Below, piece after piece: positions 40,901 to 50,679 of a DNA stretch of 64,000 nt. Within the stretch, counting starts at the first letter, position 1, and every line of letters starts with the position of its first letter. The position numbers and the translations under genes were made by a program. Below the pieces are notes generated by a model. The model saw nothing but the letters and a program-made list of their open reading frames with translations. It was not told where the DNA came from and did no database searches. Origin of the DNA: Octopus vulgaris (lineage: Eukaryota); contig OX597817.1 in NCBI GenBank assembly GCA_951406725.2, positions 104,842,001-104,906,000 of the forward strand, written 5' to 3'.

Positions 40901-43353
40901 AGACCTGGTTAAATTTATCATGAAAGGAATTCCAGCAGTGACCATCCCATTATTTTGTATATCATGGACTACATTATCCAATGTGTCCTTTCATAAGGCA
41001 GTAAGGCAATGCACGAAATCCGGCTGCTATTTCTAGCAAGTTGAGCGACAACTTTACTGTCAAGAATTTTTACTTCATGTCAAAGGAAATTGAGCAGAAC
41101 AGACACCATAGGCAGGCAAGTGTGCGAGTGCATGAGAGAGAGAGAGTGAGAGTGAAAGAGAGATTGAGTGAGTGAGTGAGAGAAAGAGATCTTCAATTTA
41201 GATTGAAGAATGATCTATCTAATAACTATAATTAGTTGGAGTACAGAGGAAAGTAGAAACAATAGACAAAAGTGAAAGGAACAAGCCAGTTAAGGTTTGG
41301 GCCAATATTTAAGTGACTGAGTAGGACTCAAACCTGATGATCATGTTGGCCATTGCTATCTAATCTGGTTATCAGTTAGATGCAGGAAAAACAAAAAAAA
41401 ACTGAGTTATTCAGTTAAATAAAGTCTCTGGAGGTAGAGGACCTTGTGTGATTATGGTTTAACTATGGTGCTTTATTATGTATAGATGGTCATCATTTAA
41501 AATCCATTTTCCATGCTGGCACAGATTGAATGGTTTGACAGGAGCTGGTCTGCTGAAGAGCTGCTTGGGCTCTATCTGTTCTGGTGTGGTTTCTATGGTT
41601 GGATGCCCTTCTTAAAGCCAACCACTTTACAGAGTGTACTGGGTGCTTTATTGTGGGATTAAAGTCTAATAACTAACTAATGGTTAGAACATACAAGCAA
41701 GCTCCACATCACACTAGGCTAGTTAGCTTTCTCTTCAAGCTTATTTAATCAAACATCCATATATGTCAAGCTATGCATAAATCTCACAATTGTGAAGGAA
41801 AAAAAAAACAATTAAAAAGCTTGCTTTATCAAGCAGAAGTGCCAATATTTTAATAAATTACCGTGCATGCTTCAACTCAGTTTCCAGAGTTGCTTTCAGT
41901 TGATTTGATTTACGTAGTTCCTCTCGTAATTTTACTATTTCTTTTTCTGCAGCGAACCATTTTACAAAAGCTTTTTGGACGTTACTAACAAAATTTTGGA
42001 ATTCTGAGATAAAATACAGATGAAAGAAAAAACATGAAAAGAAAAATAACACCTCAAGACGACTTCAATACTAAACTAAAAATGTCCAATGAATTAATAT
42101 ACTGAATTTTAAGTCACTTTTGCATTTGCAACTACGTCTCCAAAAGAATGTCTCAAACCATTCTCTACTGATTCAGATATATAATTTGACAACTGAACAG
42201 ACAATGTTTAAAATTGTGAATGTTAAAGTTGGAAAAAAAACATGACAACCCTTTTCATATCAAACTGGCCAAGACTACCCATCGTTCTTTGATGTGAACT
42301 TCCTGTAAACAAACAAGAAGCAATCTAAATTAAACAATCAGGAAGTGGTCTAAATTAAAACCTTCCATCAAAATTTCATGTTTAATATATGTTCCAAACA
42401 CCAGTTTAATAATGACAAGGCCATTTTGCTAAATTTTTCATTATTTTCAAAATTAATTGAAACAAAGGCAGTGTATTTCATTAGAAATGTAGTAAATATC
42501 CTATCACTTCATGGTCTCTTATGTAAGCAGGCAGCTTGATGATATATATATATATATATATATATATGAAAGAAAGATATGTGATATACCATTTCCAAAG
42601 GGCAGTGGAAGTGAGAAAGTTTCATCTAGAATTGAATGTTAGAGAACCCAGTCAAAAAGATCATTTGAAACCAGTCAATAAATTCCATTTCCTTTCATTA
42701 AGCAAAAGCACAATTTTTGTCAGAAGGTATCGGAGGTCACATGGTCATCTTAAGTAATCTAATTAATCTTAACACTCCCTGATTAAAATGTTGACCCAAT
42801 TAAAATCATATTTTTTTTTAGTTCGTTTTTAATAATGATTTCTAACATAAGCACAGAGCTATACATGGTCAATTATATTTTCTCCAGTATCCAACTTCAT
42901 ATTTTATAAACCCCAGTAGTATGGAGCAAAAAGTCAACCATGGCAAGATTTAATCACAGAATGTAAAGATCATTAATTATATCAAGGCATTCAAATACAT
43001 TGCACTACTGATTCTGCAATCCACTTTATATTTTGTTTCTGGTAATTTTCTTCAGTTTTATATAAAGTGCCTTTGATTCTCTATGCAAAACTGGTCACAT
43101 CTCTTTTAATGCTCACACAATCAGGCAACTTTGTCTATGCACTAAATCTAACAAACCGTTTTTTCAGAAGTCTGTGTGTAAATTTAAATAATACAATCAC
43201 TATACTAATAATGAGAATACTGTATGAAAGCTGTTTAAAAGCAAATTTAGAAAGCAAAATAATTATGTACATACCAGCTTCATTTCCATTAGTAAGTACA
43301 AATTGGTTGGCTATTAAAGCATCATAGTTGGCTACAAGGGAGGCAGTCTTCAT
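16982..43353 (-). CDS. RACGAP1: Rac GTPase-activating protein 1 (MgcRacGAP/CYK-4, centralspindlin subunit); 19 coding exons, 1857 nt, about 618 aa
   Basis: All 19 exons have GT-AG sites with consistent phases. The product has an N-terminal coiled coil (LKHARNQ), an LSDISYDVTDDDLD motif, a C1 domain, a RhoGAP domain with GIYRVPG arginine finger, PQANRDTLAFL and NLAKVFGPTIVG, and a C-terminal FFDSPNLE*. Confidence 0.95.
17227..17314 (-). CDS. RACGAP1: RACGAP1 coding exon 18 (LHSMLGPVGLTP...CTP)
   Basis: ttgcag| and |gtaagt sites; SxLGPV motif. Confidence 0.88.
18527..18638 (-). CDS. RACGAP1: RACGAP1 coding exon 17 (VMEHLLDIPTEYWNQFLM...)
   Basis: cttcag| and |gttagc sites; resembles VVERLLSLPLEYWSQFM. 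Confidence 0.92.
18808..19268 (+). mobile_element. RTE 3'-UTR fragment (young-looking copy)
   Basis: Same 3' UTR and tail (ccaacccatgctagcatgga...gttaaacgatgatgat). Further copies at about 21370-21720(+), 22325-22850(-), 23905-24200(+), 25150-25350(+), 26330-26560(+), 27465-27630(-), 41490-41650(-), 45675-45860(+), 46578-46850(-), 47738-47980(-) and 50040-50480(-). Confidence 0.85.
19802..19934 (-). CDS. RACGAP1: RACGAP1 coding exon 16 (VSQTADCRMPKQNLAKVFGPTIVG...)
   Basis: tttcag| and |gtaagt sites. Confidence 0.95.
20085..20190 (-). CDS. RACGAP1: RACGAP1 coding exon 15 (...MPQANRDTLAFLIKHLQ)
   Basis: ctccag| and |gtaagt sites. Confidence 0.95.
20326..20440 (-). CDS. RACGAP1: RACGAP1 coding exon 14 (SLIDDINVICGCLKDFLRSLKDTLVTYKLW...)
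   Basis: tttcag| and |gtaggt sites; LKDFLR motif. Confidence 0.95.
20961..21179. mobile_element. second TTAA piggyBac-type MITE family
   Basis: TTAA|CCC ... AAAAGGG|TTAA. Relatives at about 9345-9560, 16340-16566 and 42247-42500. Confidence 0.65.
21215..21278 (-). CDS. RACGAP1: RACGAP1 coding exon 13 (SEREVRELKDKFLRGKGTPNL)
   Basis: ttatag| and |gtgagt sites. Confidence 0.93.
23762..23826 (-). CDS. RACGAP1: RACGAP1 coding exon 12 (QRLTAEVERRGLNEVGIYRVPG)
   Basis: ttatag| and |gtaaat sites; RhoGAP arginine finger. Confidence 0.95.
24666..24719 (-). CDS. RACGAP1: RACGAP1 coding exon 11 (GFLADYAGLDSPRIPGII)
   Basis: accag| and |gtaagt sites. Confidence 0.92.
27192..27289 (-). CDS. RACGAP1: RACGAP1 coding exon 10 (ECKFHRHPECEEQTPVPCIP...)
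   Basis: cacag| and |gtaatt sites; end of the C1 domain (HPEC...PCIP). Confidence 0.92.
28267..28312 (-). CDS. RACGAP1: RACGAP1 coding exon 9 (CNQKFKFGCKIMRCK)
   Basis: ttacag| and |gtaaaa sites; C1 cysteines. Confidence 0.9.
28380..28539 (-). mobile_element. CR1-clade LINE 3' end fragment
   Basis: - strand EAWNKLPASVVDCHDAASFKALMLSEIRRNYT*, a short UTR and a (TTA)n tail. Confidence 0.7.
29572..29677 (-). CDS. RACGAP1: RACGAP1 coding exon 8 (start of C1 domain, HVFNILRTVKPEYCQV)
   Basis: ttttag| and |gtaagt sites. Confidence 0.9.
31120..31210 (-). CDS. RACGAP1: RACGAP1 coding exon 7 (DSAGDECEEVWTLRPRRSSESRRARHRTQS)
   Basis: ctcag| and |gtatgt sites; phase 1 to 2 bridges exons 6 and 8. Confidence 0.8.
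31466..33601 (+). mobile_element. 5'-truncated RTE-clade LINE (RT with embedded PHD finger), antisense within a RACGAP1 intron
   Basis: ORF 31485-32930 has NYRGIKLL, QFGF, AFVDIEKAFD, HQGSVLSPLLF, YADD and FHYLG. It has an early frameshift and premature stops, a repeat-containing 3' UTR and a (GAT)n tail. Confidence 0.95.
33878..34719. repeat. about 160-bp near-perfect inverted duplication (33878-34039 / 34553-34719)
   Basis: Direct reverse-complement comparison shows only a few substitutions and small indels. Confidence 0.9.
35092..35245 (-). CDS. RACGAP1: RACGAP1 coding exon 6 (RDTSIITKTRIHVDSDSGQPQTRTTTEI...)
   Basis: ttatag| and |gtttgt sites; open frame resembling the SIVAKTTVTV region. 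Confidence 0.85.
37732..37791. repeat. 25-bp minisatellite, about 2.4 copies
   Basis: ggtagagactatgaccttaggtacg repeated. Confidence 0.8.
38378..38522 (-). CDS. RACGAP1: RACGAP1 coding exon 5 (SNAYRMRDSSASCLSDISYDVTDDDLD...KRKRISTD)
   Basis: tttcag| and |gtaagt sites; LSDIS motif. Confidence 0.92.
40014..40138 (-). CDS. RACGAP1: RACGAP1 coding exon 4 (ENLIEMIRNLL...KLAFLNSYQRSDGSKR)
   Basis: ttgcag| and |gtatgt sites; LAFLN motif. Confidence 0.9.
40621..40681 (-). CDS. RACGAP1: RACGAP1 coding exon 3 (NQIKFEFQKRSQVENDRVTL)
   Basis: ttgcag| and |gtgagt sites; phase 2 to 0. Confidence 0.9.
41862..42003 (-). CDS. RACGAP1: RACGAP1 coding exon 2 (EFQNFV...LETELKHAR)
   Basis: ctcag| and |gtaatt sites; coiled coil with LKHAR. 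Confidence 0.92.
43275..43353 (-). CDS. RACGAP1: RACGAP1 coding exon 1 (MKTASLVANYDALIANQFVLTNGNEA)
   Basis: ttccag|ATG at the exon start; |gtatgt donor, phase 1. Confidence 0.85.
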
Positions 43354-44605
43354 CTGGAATAATGACATTTAGGATTAAAATATATCAGAGAATTGAAATG
43401 AAAAAGGTTTAATTATTTTCAGATTGGCTAAGAAAATAAGTGGTATGTGCTTTTGAATTCTTTGGGTCAGTTTTTAACAACTGACAACCACTAAAGAGTT
43501 ATAACAGGAACAAGTTTAGAAATGGAGAGATGGAAAGGATAATTTTAAGAGAAACAAATAATGTTGGAGGGGAGACCCCAAAGAGTTATGAATGTAGTGA
43601 AAGAGGGCACTTGAGAAAGAAATACCCTAGAGCAGCAGTGGAAATTGTAGAGGAGAGTATTCAGGAAAATATAATGGTGGAGAAACAGTAGAAACAGATA
43701 ACAGAACAAGATGGGAATTTTGTGGAGATGAAAGCAAGAAAAAGAGAGAGGAGGAAGTCACCAGTGATAGTGGAACTGAAGTACAAAGCCATGGAAGTGG
43801 TAATCCAACCTATGACGAGAGGCAGGGAAGGTTCACCGGTAGGATCAAAAGCAAGGACTTACAAGTACATAAACATTCAGACACACAAACACACAAAAGT
43901 GTAGACAAACAGAAACAAGATAACTGAGAATTATGGAAACCTAAAAACATAGACACACAGAATTACAGTCAAATGATCACACAGACACAATCACAGGAAA
44001 GTCAAGAATTAGAGAAATACAAAGACAAAAATCACAAACACGCAAGACACAAACTAAAGTAAGGTTTGAAATATAGGACACCCCAAAGTTAAAAGAAATT
44101 CAAAATTGAAAGATATTATGAAAGAGTGAATCCACTGGAGCCAGAGGTGGATGTTGAACTTCGCACCTCAGTGGTGAATTATGTGGAGGAAAAGGAGAAG
44201 ATGAAGTGGTAAGTCGTGATTTATTTTAAAGACTGTGAAAGACTGAGAAAAACATTTGGTTAAACTTTTTGTTTTAAAAAAAAAGGAAAAATAAGTAAAT
44301 TGTGTAACTATTGAATGAACAATTGCTTAAAACGTTTTCTTTAAAATTGTAAAGTGACAACGAAAAGGGAAGTCACGGTTTTGCCTTGAAATGGGACTGG
44401 AAAATTATTATTTAAAATGTAAGGTTAAAAAGAAAAGGAAATCACGGTTTCATCTCAGAGCAGGGCCGAGATGTCTGCCTCATTTTCATTGTAATTATTT
44501 TCATTTTACATTCATCCTTTCGTGTGTTTTTTGTTCCGACATGTCTGTGTATGTCCCCTCTGTGTTTGGGTCTTAGAAGAATTCAGCTAGCAAGCCATGC
44601 TACTC

Positions 44606-44644
44606 CAGACTGATGATGAGCAATGACTCTGAAACTAGTCTCTG
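44606..44644 (+). ncRNA. minimal type I hammerhead ribozyme motif
   Basis: CAGA-CTGATGA-TGAG(CAATGA)CTCT-GAAAC-TA-GTC-TCTG. Stem III is palindromic (ACTAGT), the cleavage triad is GUC, and the first stem II pair is mismatched. Confidence 0.65.
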
Positions 44645-44961
44645 AATGCTGGCTTTGCTGGGTGGAGGTACTTAACTCCACTTTGAAAACATAAGGACAC
44701 AGGAAATGTGTCAAGTCCAACAGGAAACGGTGTTTCCGAGGGCTAAATAACAGTAGCATTTTTCCATTTTATGGGACTGTCACATTAAGTTGACAACATA
44801 CTATCACTTTATTGTGCTGCTACTGCATAAATCTCTCTCAGAGATTTAGTATATATAATATATATACATTCATCCACCTTTAACAAAGTTGCTAAGAGGC
44901 AGCACTCCCCTCTCCACTCTCACTTTCCTTTTCAAGTGAATAATAATAATAGTAATAATAA

Positions 44962-45163
44962 TGGTTTCCAATTTTGGCACAAGGCCAGTAATTCCAGGGG
45001 AGAGGGTCAGTTTATTACATCGAAGCTAAAGTTCAACTGGTACTTTATTGACCCTGAAAGGATGTAAGGCAAAGTTGGCCTGAGCAGAATTTGAACTCAG
45101 AACATAAAGACAGACAAAATTCCACTAAGCATTTTGTCCAGTACACTGACAATTCTACCAGCT
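44962..45163 (-). mobile_element. second tRNA-derived SINE family
   Basis: ttttggcacaaggccag...ggatgaaaggcaaagt...gaatttgaactcagaa, with a B box GAGTTCAAATTC on the - strand. Copies at about 26646-26850, 36810-36960, 40280-40485 and 54230-54418. Confidence 0.75.
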
Positions 45164-45189
45164 AGTAGTAGTCAATCTTAGCTGGCAGC

Positions 45190-45430
45190 AACACTTCTGT
45201 AAAAACATTTGAGAAGTAGATATAAAGACCTTGAAATAGAGATCTCAAAACTGTGGTATCTAAGAACAACTGTACCTGTGATCATTGGAACTTTGGAGAC
45301 AATACCAAATGACACTCTGAAACACAAAGGGTAAATACCAGGAAACCTCAAAGTATCATAACTTCAAACAATCGTTCTTATGAGTACTGTCCAAATCCAA
45401 ATCCAAAGAAAAACATTGCCAACTTGAAAA
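45190..45430 (+). mobile_element. decayed C-terminus of a restriction-like-endonuclease non-LTR element (R4/Dong-like)
   Basis: YKDLEIEISKLWYLRTTVPVIIGTLETIP...LQTIVLMSTVQI. Confidence 0.55.
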
Positions 45431-47308
45431 TATCTGATTCTCTTAAAATTCTGATCAAAATTTGAACTATTACAAATTTAACAGAATCTTAGTTCTCAGA
45501 ACCTGGTCTCTTTCCCCTGTAATATATTATTGTTAATCATAAAAAAAACATCCATAGTAAAGCATTCAAGCTGCTGTTACTTGGAGTTTCTGGTTGAGAC
45601 TTGAAACAGGTTATATAAAACAAAGCAACAACAAGATAAACAACAATAACAGTGATTGTGTGTGTGTGTGTAAAAAAGCACTAGTGTCACATAAAAAATA
45701 CCCAGTACACTCTGTGGAGTAGTTCGCATGAGGAAGGGCATCCAACTGTAGAAATTATGCCAGAGCAGAACAGCTGGTGTAACCCCTCGTCTTACCAGCT
45801 CCTATCAAACCGTCCAACCCATGCTAGAATAGAAAATGGATGTTAAATCAGGATGAAGAGGATATATAAATATGAAAGAAATTCATGAGTCTCTACCTTA
45901 TTTAACTGCTATATTATTTCACTGATTATAAATTACTCAAGGGAAAAGAAATTTCTATGGTAAGAGTTACCATTTTGTAGAAATACTTGTTACAATAAAT
46001 TACAGATGGAAAAGACGTTTAAGTATGGTGTAAATTATTTAAAAGACTTGTGTGAGAAAGTGCAATAATGTCTAAATTGTTAGTCATATATAAGAGAATT
46101 TCTAATCTGCTAGTTTCTTCCTGGTAATGTATTTTAAAAAGAATTTCCCTGCAAATGATTGGATCATAAAGACTTCAATGGCCTTAAAGTTACCGTTAAG
46201 ATTGCAATATCATAATAAAAGTATTTCAATAATAACATACAAGTGACAGAAAAACTATGTTAATGTTAGATAAAAACTGAAAGACAAATCTAGAAGAGCT
46301 TCATTGGTGAGGGGTGTAAGAAAGAAAAAAGCGATAAAGTTAGAAAAATAAATGCCATGAAATTCAAATGAAATTAAGCAGAAAAAGAATAGAGCCGACC
46401 AAAAGAGAAGTGGGGCAATAAAACAATGTTGTGTTGAAAAAGAAATGAGAGAATGTTGTTATAAAGTAAAAGATATAAGCAGAAAGAAAACAATCATAAC
46501 TGAAATGATTCTATTATTTTAATGAGTGAACCTCTTTTTAATACTAGCTTTTAGTTTTGCTATTATTGGATATATGACATCATCATCATCATTTAATGTC
46601 TGTTTTCCATGGTTGGAATGTCTGTTTCCATGGGCTGGATAGTTTGACCAGAGCTGGTAGGGCCAGGGGCTGTACTAAGCTCCATGGTCTGTTCTAGCAT
46701 GGTTTCTACAGCCTGATGCCCTTCCTAATGCCAATCACTCCACAGAGTGTACTGGGTACTTTTTATGTGGCACCAGTATCAGTCCTGCTGTGGAGGACGG
46801 GCCTTCTTGACTACAGCAATGCACTAGTTATCTTGGTCCTTTGTCATCTCCTTCAGTTAAAAAAAACAAAAAACTAAAAAGACCCCCTCCTTACGCTATA
46901 CTCTTGATACTTGATATACAGAAGTACTATGCATGTACCCTTTTAATGTTCTATGTAGTTTTTTGTTTATCCACAACACAGTTAATATTGTTTGAAGGAA
47001 GTGAATGATATGATCTGAGGGAGAAGTGGTAGGTATTTCTAATATGCATAGCTACCACACAGAGGTCTCACTTGTTGGTTCATACATAAGGCAGCAGAGA
47101 GTTGAGGGAAATTTGACAGCAATAGCTAGCAGGTTAGATACCACACAGAGAAGAGTGTGATTTAGCTACTATTTCTAGCAAGTTGTGTCACCACATAGGT
47201 CTCCCTTATTGGCTCAAACATACATAAGATAAGCACAATTTAAGCACTAATATTTTTCCAATGCCTTCAGGTGTGTATTATTCATTTTTGAGTCATTCAT
47301 GTATTTAA

Positions 47309-47539
47309 CCATTTAGCATTTGAACAGGCCATATCCAACCTAAATATTCTACACGTTTTATATTCAAACCATCACGGTTTGAATATAAAACAGTTCCAAC
47401 CTCTCATACTAACCTACAATGCCATTCTAAAAATAAACCACATCATCAAAATCTTGAAGCTATGAGATAATTCAAAGTTAATTTAAAACAATGTGAATAA
47501 GCAATACATGATAGTGAATAAGCAATACATGCTAAAGGG
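47309..47539. mobile_element. piggyBac-type MITE (TTAA target, CCC...GGG ends)
   Basis: TTAA|CCATTTAGCA ... TGCTAAAGGG|TTAA. Relatives at 14264-14436, 13720-13925, about 205-425 and about 29185-29390. Confidence 0.7.
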
Positions 47540-49609
47540 TTAAAATATTATGAGGATATATGAAGGACTTGGCAACTAGTTCCAGCAGGTGAAGAGATCA
47601 TATAGAAACTGACATTGGTTCTATAATGCACAAATGGATTTAAAACAGAGCTCTAAGATTTGCCACATGTATAACCACTATCTCCCTCTACTAATTTAAG
47701 TATCAATGTCTGTTTTACAGGACTGATTTCCTCGCCTCATCATTATCATTTGACATCCACTTTCCATGCTGGCATGAACTGGATGGTTTGACTGGAGCGG
47801 GTAAGGGAGGGGGGACAACACCAGATTCCATCATCAGTTCTGGCATGGTTGCTACAGCTGGATCTCCTTGCTAATGCCAACCACACTACAGAGTGTACTG
47901 GGTGCTTTTAATGTGGCACCAGCATGAGTACTTTTAATGTAACGTCAGCACTAGTACTTTTTTTATGTGGCACCAGCCCCAGTATCACTATATTTTGCTT
48001 CCTGATTCATGTCTCACTCCCTATATCATGCTTCTCGATTTTCTATCTCATGTTCTCACAAATGTTAAGCCAAAACTGGTTTTCAAAACCTTTTACAATG
48101 CCCAGAAAAATCACTGAAAGACCTGTAAAGGTACATTGAAATGGTTCATTTTTGACTAGGTATGGGTATTGGGACAATTTCTTTTAGATGTATACTCTTT
48201 GGAAGATATAGAAAATATCTGTCTTGAAAGTGTCACATCCATTTTTGCCATGCACACCACATCAGGTTAATGAGAACTGTGTGCCTTGACATAGCAAACT
48301 CAGCATTTTTGGAAATTTCAAGGTCAATGTAAATAATATCCTGAGGATTTTTATGCTGTTCTGGAGAAATTCAGATTTGAGCAGATAAAATATTTACAAG
48401 TGGAAAAAGTTATTTTGTGTAATGCCACATACATTACACTTTTTAGATTCTCTCCAACAACTTTGACACAGAGGTACAGGTGTGACTCTGTGGTAAGAAG
48501 CTTGCTTCCCAACTACATAATTCCAGGTTCAGCCCACTGTGTGGCACCTTAAGCGAGTGTCTTCTATGATAGCCTTGGGCTATCAAAGCCCTGTGAGTAG
48601 ATTTGGTAGATGGAAACTGGAAGAAGCCCATTGTGTGTGTGTCTTTGTGTCTGTGTTTGTCTCCCACTACCACTTGCCAATCAGTGCTGGTGGGTGTTTA
48701 TGTCCCTGTAACTTATCAGTTTGGCAAAATAGATTGATAGAATAAGCACCAAGCTTAAAAAATAGTTCATTCGACTAAAACAATTCTCCAAGGGGGTGCA
48801 CCAGTATGGCTGCAGTCTAATGACTAACAAGATATGATATTCCAGGTTTTCCTTAGAATGCATGGTTGATTAATCCTTGATGAAGTAACCAAACTTTACT
48901 GTGAAAAACAAATCAATACAACTGTAGATGTTCAAGATTCACAGCTTAAGTGTATCATAATTTGTCGCTGTCAAAGATAATTACAAGAGCAAAAAACAGT
49001 CAGAGAATTTAAAAAATTTAACTTAAACACATTGTTGCTTTATATATATTCAAATAAATCCTTCATAAACCTTCTCTGCAAGATGAATATGATTTTCAGG
49101 GTCCCATAGATCTCTCGCTTTTGCTATGCACTATGTCTACCTCTCTCCTCCCATTCTTACAACCTACCCACCCACACATCAGCTCCTTTTCTCTCATCCT
49201 TCCCCTCTCTACTGTATTATTATTACTATTCTTCACCCCTTTTTCTGCATTGCCAGTCATCACCTACTTCCCCCACCTTCCCCAACTCATCATTAATCAC
49301 CCCTCTATCATTCCCATCATTCATTACATCCATGTCTCAAACCTATCCAATCTCTATAGTGTGATTCCATGTAAACCAAGGTAAAAAAAAAAAAGGAATT
49401 TTGAAACCCACCATCTCCAATCAACTGTAACTATCAGTAAAAACAGGAAAAATGCAAAATTTCAGGTTCCAAATCCCAATGGTTCAAAAGTTATGCCAAT
49501 TTGAAATTTGACTCAAATCACCAATTTTTAGGCTAGCGGCGGCCATCTTGAATTTCAATACTGCAACAAATAATGTAATAACTTTCAATCCACATGGGCT
49601 ATTTTTCTG

Positions 49610-49900
49610 AAAATTTCTCACTTTCGCTATCTTTTTGGCACTTTCACAGAAACTTAGAGCTACGGTAGTCCTGATCGCCGCCTTGTTCTTCTTTATGTAA
49701 CGTATGATGCTTTCATTGACAACATAATGCCGACCTACTGCAGCGTAACTTTTACCTTCCTGGAACATATCCAGCAGTTGTACCTTCTCATGGAGCATCA
49801 TAACTTTTCTCTGGCGCTTAGGAGGTGTGGAGCGTTTGGGTGGCATCTTAGGGCTTTAATAACACGCTGTGAAAAACAGCACTCAACAAAATAGCTACTG
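49610..49900 (-). mobile_element. Tigger/pogo transposase N-terminal fragment
   Basis: MPPKRSTPPKRQRKVMMLHEKVQLLDMFQEGKSYAAVGRHYVVNESIIRYIKK, a CENP-B/psq-type HTH; truncated. Confidence 0.8.
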
Positions 49901-50679
49901 GATGCAGTTTTTTCCTTCCAAAAAACCTACAAAATCTTCCTTTCGTCTAATATGTGCACACCAGCAATGGGAGATTGAGTAGAGATTAAAAATAATCATG
50001 GTTTTGAAAAATTTTGTTGTATTACCACTAGATACAGTAATCATCATCATTTAACGTCCGCTTTCCATGTTAACATGGGTTGGACGATTTGACTGAGGAC
50101 TGGCGAACCAGATGGCTGCGCTAGGCTCCGATCTGATCTGGTAGAGTTTCTATAGCTGAATGCACTTCCCAACGCCAACCACTCCGTAAGTGTAGTGGGT
50201 GCTTTTACATGCCACCGACACAAGGGCCAGTCTGGCGGTACTGGCAATGGCCACGCTTGAAATGGTGTTTTTTTAACGTGCCACCTGCACAGGGGTCAGT
50301 CCAGCAACACTGGCAACGACCTCGCTCAAATGTTTTGTTCATGTGCCAGAAAGGCGACGCTGGTAACAATCATGATCAAATGGTGCTTTTTACGTGCCAC
50401 CGGCACGGAAGCCAGACAGCTGCTCTGGCAGTGATCCTGCTCGGATGGAGCTGTCAGCATTCCACTGGCATGGATACTATAGCAATGAGAGAGAGAGAGA
50501 GAGAGAGAGGGAGCAGCAAGTAACATAATTTCAATGAGGCTATATTGGCTCACGACTTTAAAAATTATCCTGTTGAGATAAACAACAATGTGTTCGATCA
50601 AATGTAGCGATGATTTTTTAAAAAGTGCGGGTATAAAATTAACGTTCAGTCTCATGTTATATATATATATATATATATA

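Noticed and set aside
44438-44482. Hairpin CATCTC/GAGATG plus GAAACCGTGA on the - strand, hammerhead-like
   Set aside because: No recognisable CUGANGA core; too degenerate to call.
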